Shown: piece after piece, positions 13,788-25,449 of the stretch
Layout of the letters: each line of letters starts with the position of its first letter
Position numbering within the stretch: the stretch's first letter is position 1
Origin: Gracilinanus agilis
Taxonomy: Eukaryota
DNA length: 64,000 nt
Direction: 5' to 3'
Assembly: GCF_016433145.1 (NCBI RefSeq)
Contig: NC_058134.1
Span: forward strand, 223,827,583 to 223,891,582
Position numbers and translations under genes: made by a program
The notes under the pieces: generated by a model
Databases searched by the model: none
What the model was told of the DNA's origin: nothing
What the model saw: the letters and a program-made list of their open reading frames with translations, nothing else

Positions 13788-14979
13788 TTATTTAAAATAT
13801 ACTCATGTCTAGAAGTAACCAATCCTGTTTATATTTCTTGAAAAATGTTCATTTAAGGAATGCATACCAATAACAATCAGAGAACAAGACTAAAGTAATT
13901 TCTAGATGCCACCTACTCCATCAACTAAATCTTAGCTTTTCACAATGATCCCCATGTTCCCATGCTTGCTTCAAAGACTTCATATATTTACCTGTTGGTC
14001 TCTTTACCTCTAACTAGACAGCTTTGGGGAAGAATGAACCACCTTCTCCCTCTTTCAACTAACTTCTCTTCTAATTCTGCCAAGACTATTTATGCATTAC
14101 TTGGCTAGAAATTAAAGACATGGAGTGGAACCCATCAAAAATCTTCAAAAATGAGTGCTGACTAAAACTAGGACTCATGGATTTAGGGCTAGAAAGAACC
14201 TGGGTGGTACTCTAGTTCAATCCCTTTATTTCACAAAGGAGCAAGCCAGGGTCCAAAAAGAGAAGATGTAATTAAGTAAGTAAAATGGAGAAGCTAAGCT
14301 AGGAACTCAGATCTGAATCCAAATCCAACACTCTTTTTATAACACAATAACTATAACAACTATATAACTATAACAACAGAATCACAAATGACTAACAATA
14401 AACCAGATTCTAAATCTGCAATTTTAAAACACTGCAAAGCAAACATCTCTGGTCTTGAATTGAGACAAAGCTAAAAGGTCACAGTAAGCTAGCTACGAGA
14501 CACAAAGATTCAAGTACTAAATCTGCTTCCATCTGAAACTATCAGTCATAAAACTCCTAATCTAATCAATGTTTAGATTTTTTTTTAATCACTTAAGACC
14601 CTCCAAGAAGGAGACCATTCTGTTTTCAACACACTCTGCTACATTAAGTGTGCATGTCCTAAATTACCAAAGCTCTCTTTGGAAGTCAGTCACCTATGGC
14701 CTTGCAAAGGAGGATGCCCAAATGAAAATCATACACTAAGACATTCTTATTTTTCATACCTCATATACACAGAACCCTTAAAAATGATCTTTCACACCAT
14801 ATCTCACATTCCTTTCAGAGAATTTAATTAATTTTAAACTGGGATCCCTGGTGATAGGTTCTGGTGCAAAGCAAATGAAAAAAGCCATTTCTACTCTTTT
14901 CATTGTTTAACATCTGGGAAATAAAGGCTGCCTCTATAGCAAGCATGAATCTTTAGGTGCATTTAATTAAAACAAGCCT

Positions 14980-15146
14980 TTTTTAAAATTTAACCATTAC
15001 CTTCTGTCTTAGAATCAATACTAAGTATAGGTTTCAAGGCTAGGCAGTGGGGTTAAGTAATTTTTCCAGGGTCACACAGCTATAAAGTGTCTGAGGCCAG
15101 ATTTGAACCTAGGATTTCCTGCTCCCTATCCACTGAGCCTCCCCTA
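14980..15146 (-). mobile_element. CORE-SINE
   Basis: Reverse-complement SINE about 70 nt from the exon 8 donor. Confidence 0.8.
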
Positions 15147-15216
15147 ACTAAAACAATCTTAAGGAAGGATAATCAACATTTCATAGAAAACTAGGTGACT
15201 CAAAAGAGTTTCCTTA

Positions 15217-15375
<159 letters not shown>

Positions 15376-16531
15376 TCATAAACATGCTATTTGGTAACAG
15401 ATAGATAGCTGTCTACCATATTAAGAGATACCCAGACAGGAGGAGAAACTGATTGCTCCTTGGCCTGTCTGCTATACTGTATGTCTAAGTCATTCCACCA
15501 GTGATGCTCAACACAGAGTAGAGGCCTGGCAGATATAACACCATTACTGATGATCCAGAATCAGGGAGTGAGCTCTGAAAAACCCAGATCTTGGGGTCCT
15601 ACAGCTCCAGCTCATACTCACACGTCAGTGGCCCAATGGTACCAGCAACACCTCACTGAGCATCAGCCCCGTGAAGGGTAGCAGCAAATATAATCAGCAC
15701 CTCAATTCGTCTGGCAATTTTCAGAGCAGAACAAGGTGGTACTTCCTGATGGAATTTAACACCACATCTGAGTTCTACATCATGTTGTTATAGTTTTAGC
15801 CTAATGAAACCTTACCCAACTGCATTTCCTGCTATTATCTTTGTGATTCTACTTCAATGAATCCAAATAAAAATATGATGAAGGTAAACACAGGAAGGCA
15901 ATAAATCAGTGAAAAAGGGCTAGGTGAATTAAGAGAAAGCATAAAAATGCGGAGCCTGAGATACCAAAAAAACAAACAAAACACTACCACCTGCCTTGAA
16001 AAAGGGAGACTACTTACTATCTGGAGAGGGTGGGGGCTGGTGGGATTCAAGACTCAAAATTCTTTGTAAAATGTTGGAAACTGTTTTTGCATTTATTGGG
16101 GAAAAAATAAAATAAAACTTGAAGATTCAAAAAAAGACATAGAATTTTAACACAATGTCCATTTAAAGACTGTTGGCACATTTCTTCATCTCAGCTGTAT
16201 TCTGAAATGGTTTCCAGCTCATTGATTTAACATTTTCAATCTGGGCTAGGAAAAAAAGCTTTTGTTTTCTTTACGCTAAAATATAAAAGAGAAGAAACAA
16301 AGGGAATAAAGAGAAGGTAAACATCTGAGACACTAAAATTTTACTTAAGAAGAAAAAATATAGATCAAGCCTTTAAGACTTATGCTAAAAGAGAAAATAA
16401 ATATTGGGCCAACTTTCAAGATACTTTGTTGATACATTAATATTATTCAATGAGCAACATATGAAGATAAAAAATACATCATAACTGGAAAGTTTGAAGT
16501 TTAAAGTTATTTTTTAAAATACATTACTTTT

Positions 16532-16716
16532 GGGGCAGCTGGGTAGTTCAGTGGAGTGAGAGTCAGGCCTAGAGACAGGAGGTCCTAGGTTCAAACCCGG
16601 CCTCAGCCACTTCCCAGCTGTGTGACCCTGGGCAAGTCACTTGACCCCCATTGCCCACCCTTACCAATCTTCCACCTATGAGACAATACACCGAAGTACA
16701 AGGGTTTTAAAAAAAA
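16532..16716 (+). mobile_element. Young SINE1_Mdo-type element with TSD aaaatacattactttt
   Basis: Full length, B-box ggttcaaaccc, A tail, 16-bp direct repeats on both sides. Confidence 0.92.
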
Positions 16717-16769
16717 ATACATTACTTTTTTTTAATTGAAAAATATTTAATTCAAAAATATTTCAAACA

Positions 16770-17345
16770 AATTGAAAATTGGCAAAGATGACAAAAGTCA
16801 GGAATGGTCAATGTTGGAAGGGTTATGAAAAACAGAGACACACTCATGCAATGCTGGTGAAACTTTGAACTGGTATAACTATTTTGGAAAGCAATTTGGA
16901 ATTATGCAAATAAAGTGATTAAAATGCCTAAGCCCTCTGACCCAGGGACTCCATTGGACTTATACACAAAGGAGGCTACTGATATAAAAATTATAGCAGT
17001 ACTTGTTGAGATGGCAAAGAATTGGAAACCCGTCAGTTCAGGAATGGCCAACTGATCAACAGGAATGTAATATAATCTTATTGTGCTATAAGAAATGAAA
17101 AATGTGAGGAATATAGAGAAACAGAGAAAGATTTACATGAAGTAATGTGAAATAAAGTCAAGAAAACAGCAGACACACTGTTAAAACAATGAAAATGGAA
17201 AAAACAACCACACACACAGAGAAAATTAACAGTTAATGTGGCAAAATTATAAAGAATAAATATGCTACAAAACAGAAAAGAGAAAACACTCCTACCCCAT
17301 TGCTTTGTGGTGGCAGGAGTCAACATTTATGGCATACTATTTAAA
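16770..17345 (+). mobile_element. Old L1 3' fragment
   Basis: tgctggtgaaactttgaactggtataactattttggaaagcaatttggaattatgca is the L1 ORF2 C-terminal signature. Confidence 0.7.
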
Positions 17346-17712
17346 AGACTATTTTGTCAAATCAGTTGATATTTTTGAAATATTGTAATTAAGCATTTAT
17401 AGAAATATCTTCAAAGAGGCACAGAGTATTTGCACTGTCTTGAATTAAAATGAGCATAGCTTCAGTCTTAATTCCATTTTCTAGATTGCTGGCAGAGAAA
17501 AAAGGTAATGTCCACATAATATTGAAATATGATAATCTGATCATATTTATGATAATCTAAACATAAATATAGTAAAATAAATACTCTGATGTGTTAATGT
17601 TTTGTTCATTTTTTTCCCTCTTTCTTTTCTTATATATTTTTTGTCTTTAAATTATTTGTCATGTAGTAGGGTGATATAAAAAAACAAAAGACATCAATAA
17701 AAGTGTATTTTA

Positions 17713-17976
<264 letters not shown>

Positions 17977-19356
17977 TTAAACAACTAAATCATTATTCTA
18001 AATCATTATTAAAAAATTCCCAGATGCCAACAATGAAAATCTCATCACTCCTTTGTTTTAATCCATGATACAAGCTTTGCTCTCTTCAGAATACTGTGTC
18101 AAATCACTCAATGTTTTTGAAATATTGTGGTTAAGTATTTATTGAAATATCCTGAAAAAGGCCTAGAATATTTGCAGTAAGTCTTCAATTAAAATAAGCA
18201 GTTTCAGCCTTAATTCCTTTTTCTCATTTTCCTGAATCCCTGGGGGGAAGAGAGAGAAGGTAATGAATGGCCACATAAATGATGAGCATTACCCCACACA
18301 GAGAAACCTCAGCCCCAATAGGATTCTTTGCACAAAGGAAGGAAAGGCAGACCTGATATTAAAAAACAAAGTTCTCATTTGCTACTTATCTCCCGATTAA
18401 CTGGGAACTAGTTTAACAGAATCATCTCAAGTGTAGGTCTGGCCTTTGAGAGCTCACCCCCACCTCAGGAGGCCTTTGACAGGACATGAACAGAACCAAT
18501 CTTGTTAGTGTTGCTTTGGCACAGTTCTCTTAGCTGCAGACACCTCAACCAAGAACCCAGGATTGATGGACACATTTTCCTGTCCTTACATCTTTAGGCA
18601 GAGAATAGCCCCATAAATTGTCTGAACATCCCCCACACCCATGATTATTTCAGACAAATGATGAAAATCCAAGGGACACTCAACATTGCAAGGAAATGCC
18701 TTTAATCTTGGGAACCATCAAGGGACTCCCAGGTGGGCCTGAGAAGAGCTCAGCTGGCCTCAGCTATTCAACAAGCACTTATTAAATGCCAACTGTGTTC
18801 AGTATTGGATGGGGGAAAGAAAGGCCTGACTTTCAAGGTGGAGAGCAGATGAGTCAGATGCATGGACCAAAGGTCAATTAGCAGTGAAACTCGCCACACT
18901 GGTACCTAAGCTTTCCTTCTCAATGGGCTTTGTTGGCTTTTGGTAGCCAACTCCACTGTCTTCTCCCTGGTTTCGGAAGCATTCCTACTGAATTATCAGT
19001 GGCATCGCCCAGAAAGACGGAGATCCTTGGCATGTACCAGACACAGCCAAACTCTCTCCTCAGCTCCAAAAGGCATTCCCTGCACAGACTAAACGTGTTC
19101 CTTTTATTCCTTGCTCCTTTCCCATCTGTAAAATGGGATGAAGAACAAGGAACATCCAAACTCTCCCTTCTCAGGATAAATATCTATAAGTCTCTCTAAA
19201 TACCACATAAAGCACTAGCACGGTAAACAGGAGAACTAACATTAGAACCAGCACTGTGACCAAAGATAATTCTTTCCTCTTTTCATTGATAACCAGCAGA
19301 AGAGTTCCTGGATTTTCTTTGTTTGAGGAAGGAAACCTATGAGAAGAATGGTGGCA

Positions 19357-19537
19357 GGGGCAGCTAGGTGGCTCAGTGGATAGAGGGCAAGGCACAGAGA
19401 AGTGAGGTCCTAGGTTCAAATCTGGTCTCAGATATTTCCTAGATGTGTGATCCCAGACAAGTTACCTAACCTCAATTATCTAGTCCCTACTGCTCGTCTG
19501 CCTTGGAACAGATATTCAGATAAAGGTTTAAAAAAAG
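19357..19537 (+). mobile_element. CORE-SINE
   Basis: ggggcagctaggtggctcagtggatagag...ggttcaaatctgg...A tail. Confidence 0.85.
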
Positions 19538-19849
19538 ACAAAGAGAGAGAATATTGATGATGACAAGAAGTTTTCCTACCATGGCTTTTAAATAATCTTG
19601 CATGAGGAAGCAGGTTCCATCCTACTTAAGAATTATTCTGAGAGAGTAAGGAAAAGCTGATAGTAAAAAGAAATACAGCGACCTTCTGACAAGAAAGCTA
19701 GCCTCGGAGAATCTCCCAAAAGGCTGGATTAACTTGTTAATAATACCAAGGACAGATGAGGAGAAAAAATCTTGGTTAACTTTAAACCTGCCATTTCAAA
19801 TTTACAACCACAGGAAATAAGATGTGCATGCACACACTTGCTTTTCTCA

Positions 19850-19951
<102 letters not shown>

Positions 19952-20350
19952 CTAAAACAGGAAGTCAGAGATGTGTGTTACATCCTCTCTCAGTGCAGAG
20001 AAGACCTGCTGGTGGCATCTTGTCTCCTGTTTCTCTCGACTACAAGAAGACAACTCGCATTTCAGTTTCATCAATCCCGCCTCGTTCACTAGCCGCCTCA
20101 ATTTGAACAAGACCAGCAAAACTGTCTTCGCTGCATACCTGGGCTCTAGAAGTCCAATAACGGAGCAGAAAACCAGAGTTCTAACTTTTTTTCCTTGCAA
20201 GCTTACTTAGTGATTGTAGGCATTGCTGAACCTACCAATGATGGTTTTTATAGCAATTATTCTAAAAGTCTTCATACTCTAATATGTTCTTTGCAAACTA
20301 AATTCATGGAAAACGAGTCATTTAGCAATTCTGAGGAAAAAAACAAGGAC

Positions 20351-20553
20351 TTTTTTTTTTTTAATGTTTACCTTCCATCTTATAATCAATACTGTGTATT
20401 GTTCCAAGGCAGAAGAGCAGTAAGGAGTAGGCAATAGGGGTTAAGTGACTTGCCCAGGGTCAAACAGCTGGGAAGTATCTGAGGTCAAATCTGAACCCAG
20501 GACCTCCCATCTCTAGGTCTGGCTCTCAAACCAGAGTCACCTAGCTCCTCCCC
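20351..20553 (-). mobile_element. CORE-SINE
   Basis: Full-length reverse-complement SINE with a T tail. Confidence 0.85.
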
Positions 20554-22032
20554 CAAAACAGAGACTCTTTAAGATGCTAAATAATCAAGAATTGAATGAT
20601 GAGATAAAGAAGAAATAAAATAATCATTCCACTGAAAACAGAAGACTTGAGGACTAACCTACATGTCTAGAAGCACATTATATAGAGCGAGAGAAGTTCA
20701 AAATATGATGATCAATACACAAGCTTCTGTTTCATAAGGCTGATAGGGTAGGCATCCCATAGCCTTGTAATAGACACAGACTCAGCTTTCTCTAGACCTC
20801 CAACCCACATGGATCTGTCTTTGAATTCTTAGCGAATCTATGCCCAGAAAAAGAGGCCTTCGAATATTCTGTTATGTGTGTTTTCACTATTTCCATAACC
20901 AGTTTATTAGAGAGAGAATAAGGGTCATAGCCTATGTGTCTCTGGTTGCATTGGAACACCCCAGCAAAAGATTCAGACACAGGAGATACAGTTGATAAGT
21001 AGTTGCTGACTGTTCTAAGAGCATGTTTGTAAATATTTTCATTTTTAAATGGAAAATCTTTATTTTAAATGTGTTCCAATGAGCTGCTCCCACTATCTGG
21101 TTCAATCAACATTTCTATCCAGTGCCCTCTGGCTATCTAACAGGATAACTAATCAGCATATCTCACTCAATATTATCAATCTCATGCTTCTGTTAGGTAG
21201 TTTTAACTTTTCTTGACACAAAGCAGTAACTCATTTTCATTCTGGTGCAATTCACAGCTAGAACCACCAGGTGGAGAACTTTCAGGGGGAAGACCAGGCT
21301 CTCTCACCATACAACTGTTTTCCAACCAGTGACTAACCTGGTCAGCACCTAGGCAGGCGCCAAGGGGGACACAAAAGAAGTTTAATCCATAATACTTGAC
21401 CACAAGAAATCAAAGAGGGTCAAACTGGGTAACAGCAGGCCTCTGGGACTTGTCTAAGATCCTTGTAATTCTAATAGTTAATGAGACACCTGAGAAGGGG
21501 AAAACAAATCAGCAGGAACTCCTACACAAGGTTAACTCCTTGAAGCTGAGGCACAGGAAAAAGTTCAGTTCCAATGCAAGACAGTCCCCCACTAAGAGGC
21601 AGAATGAGAGGCAGAGCACGACACCGTAGAAAGTCATCGAACAGTTCTATCAACATCAGCCAGGCTGATATGAGAAGGGTACAGAGGGATGACGGTTATG
21701 CCCTCGCTCCTCTGCAATATGATGGAGTGGACAAAGAACCAGCCTCGGAGTCAGGTTCAGGTCCTGCCTCAGACACATACTGGTTCTGGAAGCTTGAACA
21801 TGTCCCTTCACATATTAGCATGACAGAAAACTCTAAATTATAGCTAAAGAGTAGTTCTGTATTAGCAGAAGAGCCGTACTAGGAGCTCCCTACACCCAAG
21901 AAATCACATGTTTAGACCTTTTCTCCTCAAAAAAGAAAACAACACTGAAGGATCCACCTACAATTAATTTGGTTTTGGTTTTTGTCCTTGTCTATATATT
22001 TGAATTTGGTTGATAGTGAAGTGTATCCTCTA

Positions 22033-22200
<168 letters not shown>

Positions 22201-22950
22201 TCAATTCTATCTAGTTGGTAAACTTGAAAAACTAGCAGCCTACTTTCACCCCAAATACCAGGATCCTATGGTGGTTGCTAAAGTTTGGACTCCAAAGGGA
22301 TAACTTCAATTTACAAGTATCTCAGCCCCTTCCTCCCCTTCCTACCTAATGTCTTTCATGCTTTTCTGAGGTTCTCTTATTTAAACAAACGTATTTACCC
22401 ATTTCCTAAGCAAACATTTATTAAGTGAAAGGCACTGTTGTAGAGGAGAAGTCAGAGGGAAGGGTATATTAAAAAAAAAGACATGGGTTCAAAGAACTTC
22501 TAAGTATATCACATTTTACCTGTGGGGTACTTTATCAAGGTGTTCCTCTTGAATAAATTTGCAACTTTCTAAAAAATTCAAATTAAGCCCTTACTAGACA
22601 CTCTAGTAGGCATCAGACTAATCTGTTAGTTTCAGACACAGAAAGCAAATAGTAATTCTCCTCTTAATATTTAGTTAAGTTTAAGAACTTTAAAATAAGT
22701 TATTTACCAAGGTGACTAAAAGCTTAAAATCACGTACAACCCAGAATGAATTGCTTGCCAGCTCCAGGAGAATGAAGAGAGACAACTGGGAACATATAAC
22801 TTTGGAAAGCTTATGTGGACATTTGTTATTACATAAAATATCTTCATAAAAATAAATAAATAGATAATATGGCAAGAAGCAGCAATGCTTTAGAAATATG
22901 TCCTCAATTCAACAGACCAAATTCATATTAAGGGGCAACTAGATAGCACA

Positions 22951-23116
22951 GTGTATAGAGTGTCCAGGCCTGGAATCAGGAGGTCCTGGGTTCAAATTTG
23001 GCCTTAGGTGCTTCCTAGCTGTGTGACCCAGAGCAGGTCACTTAACCTAGCCTTTACCTCTCTTCTGTCTTAGAAATGATACTAAGATAGAAGGTAAGAT
23101 TTTTAGAAAAAAAAAA
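22951..23116 (+). mobile_element. CORE-SINE
   Basis: ggggcaactagatagcacagtg...ggttcaaatttggcc...A tail. Confidence 0.8.
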
Positions 23117-23368
23117 TTCAAATTAAACACTTACTAGATACTCTACTAGGCACCAGACTAATTTGTTGGTTTCAAACACAGGAAGCAAATAGTAATTCTC
23201 CTCTTAATAGTAAGTTAAGTTTAAGAACTTTAAAATAAGTTATTTACCAAGCTTTTAAAAAAGATGCTGGTGGTGTGTTTTTTTTAATGGTTGGCATACC
23301 ATATTCAATAGTGACAAAGTGTCTCTTAAAAGAACAGACTCAGCACAAAAGAGCAAATCATCCCTTAC

Positions 23369-23433
23369 TTTAGGTACCACATGGGGTCAGCATCACTTGT
23401 GACCTTCTCGTTGGCTTTCATAATCTTCTTTAT
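23369..23433 (-). CDS. POLR3B: POLR3B exon 4 (65 nt; IKKIMKANEKVTSDADPMWYL-K)
   Basis: AG and GTAAGG boundaries; an 84-nt intron separates it from exon 3. Confidence 0.98.
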
Positions 23434-23517
23434 CTAGACAAGACAGAGATTGAAAGAAGCCTTAGTCCTACAGGTAACTCTGATGCCCCATGTCTGGGTC
23501 CCAGGCAGAATGCTCAC

Positions 23518-23574
23518 CTCTACATTGATGAAATAGTTGAAGGAATCAATGTGCTGCTTCACAAGTCCTTTCAC
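23518..23574 (-). CDS. POLR3B: POLR3B exon 3 (57 nt; VKGLVKQHIDSFNYFINVE)
   Basis: Contains the QHIDSFNYF motif; AG and GTGAGC boundaries. Confidence 0.98.
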
Positions 23575-25267
23575 CTACAGGGATCAGAAAAACACCATAG
23601 GATCAGCACCAAAAGGATAAAACTTGCCACTGAAGCTCAGCCATTATGAGATTTTGAACTTACCTCAAGCCAAAAGCCTTTGGAAAGGCTCCACATTTTG
23701 CTTAGTAAAAACACATCACCATACCTACAATCTGTGTTTTATACCACCAGAAATCACCCAGTTAAGAGCAATGGAATTGAAGAAGGGAACTTCGTGCTGG
23801 TCCGTGCCCAGGCCGAGGTGTCGGGCAGGGCGGCACACCAAATCATTTCTGAACTCTCAAGAAGGCCAAGGATTATTTGAACCATCTTCACTGAGCCAAG
23901 TCTTTCTCTGCTTGAGACATTTGTTTTCCACCTCACTTGTCAGACGGCTCAGGTTATAAGAAGCTGGTGAAGCCAAGGCTTTGCCAAGCCTTAGGTGAGG
24001 AGGACCTTTCCCTCAAAGCAACAGCAGAATGGAAGCTCCCTGCAGGAAAACTACTTTCTGGTGTCTGAGTATTCCCAGCACCCACCAGCTAGGGCAGGGG
24101 CTTAGCAGGCTCCTAGCACATCTGGTCATTCACTGAGTCCCAGCCATCCTCCTTTCAGATAGTTCTTGCATGGGGACCATCTCCCAATCCCTCTGCCCCC
24201 TGCTCCAAGAGCCTGATTAGTCTCCCAGCTGCTCTTCTCTCTACTTCCATTCTCCACCCTCCTAAAACCAGCTCATATACCACAATCAGATTAATAGGCC
24301 AAAAACCTTAATTTGCACATATCATTCCCATCTCAAAAACATTCGGAGGCTCCCTTCTGCCTCTAGGACAAAGTCTACATTTCTGGAACCTGAGGCCTCT
24401 TCTTAGGTCTTAACTTTCTCTATCATGACTTCCTTCCCTGAGCTCTCTGCTCACACCAGGCTTCATGAATGCTGTGGGTGTGGCATTTCTCCATCTGGAG
24501 ATCCCCAACCAGGTCCCAGCCCCAGCCCCTCTGCCAAGTACCCTCAGGGTAGCGAGAGATGGATGAATGGAGAAGGCCCACCTCTGCTCTGGCATTCCCA
24601 AAGTAGCCCCAGACATTATACGTCCTCAGCCTACCTTTCTCTTATGTCATTATTACCAAAAGGGGGAAAGGAAGACCCCTTACTCAAAATGTTCCAGCCC
24701 TCGTGGCTGCCAGAACCGCTGGTCAACACCAGTCCAGAAACTACTGTAACAGCAACCAACTGGCATTGCCGAGATCTAAACAGATGCTGATAACTCAATC
24801 ACTGGGTATAGCCCTTAATAATTTCTCTATAAACAACACTTGCTACAACTCAAATCTGACAGTCTTATATACTCTTCCCTCTTCCCCCCCAAGTCTCCAA
24901 TTCTCTGAATTCTACCATTCTTCAGACCACAATCTCTGCCTCTATTAGATTTTTATCAAACAACTCAAAATACTTTTTCCCTCCTTTAAATCTGGGGGGC
25001 AGACACTCATTATCTCTAGTGCTCATTTGGCCTTTAGAATAAGTAACCTAAGTTATATGTGGTCGGCCTCCCAAACTAGAACATAAGCTCCTATGGGCAC
25101 GTTCCAGGTCTCCTTCCTCTTGTACCCACTGTTGCTTAGCATGGGGCATGAGCTGTAGCAATGGTTAAAATATACCAAGGACTTACCATATAAATTTACT
25201 ATAACAAGGATTTGCTATAAAAAAAAATGAAAATTGAATGGGACTTTCCTCCTACAAGAATATAAGA

Positions 25268-25433
25268 GGGGGCAGCTGGGTAGCTCAGTAGATTGAGAGT
25301 CAGGCCTAGAGATGGGAGGTCCTGGGTTCAAAGCCAGCCTCAGACACTTCCCAGCTTGACCCCCATTGCCCACCCTTGCCACTATTCCACCAAGGAGCCA
25401 ATACACAGAAGTTAAGGGTTTAAAAAAAAAAAG
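25268..25433 (+). mobile_element. Young SINE1_Mdo-type element (internal deletion) with TSD aagaatataagag
   Basis: Direct repeats flank the element. Confidence 0.88.
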
Positions 25434-25449
25434 AATATAAGAGTGGGTG

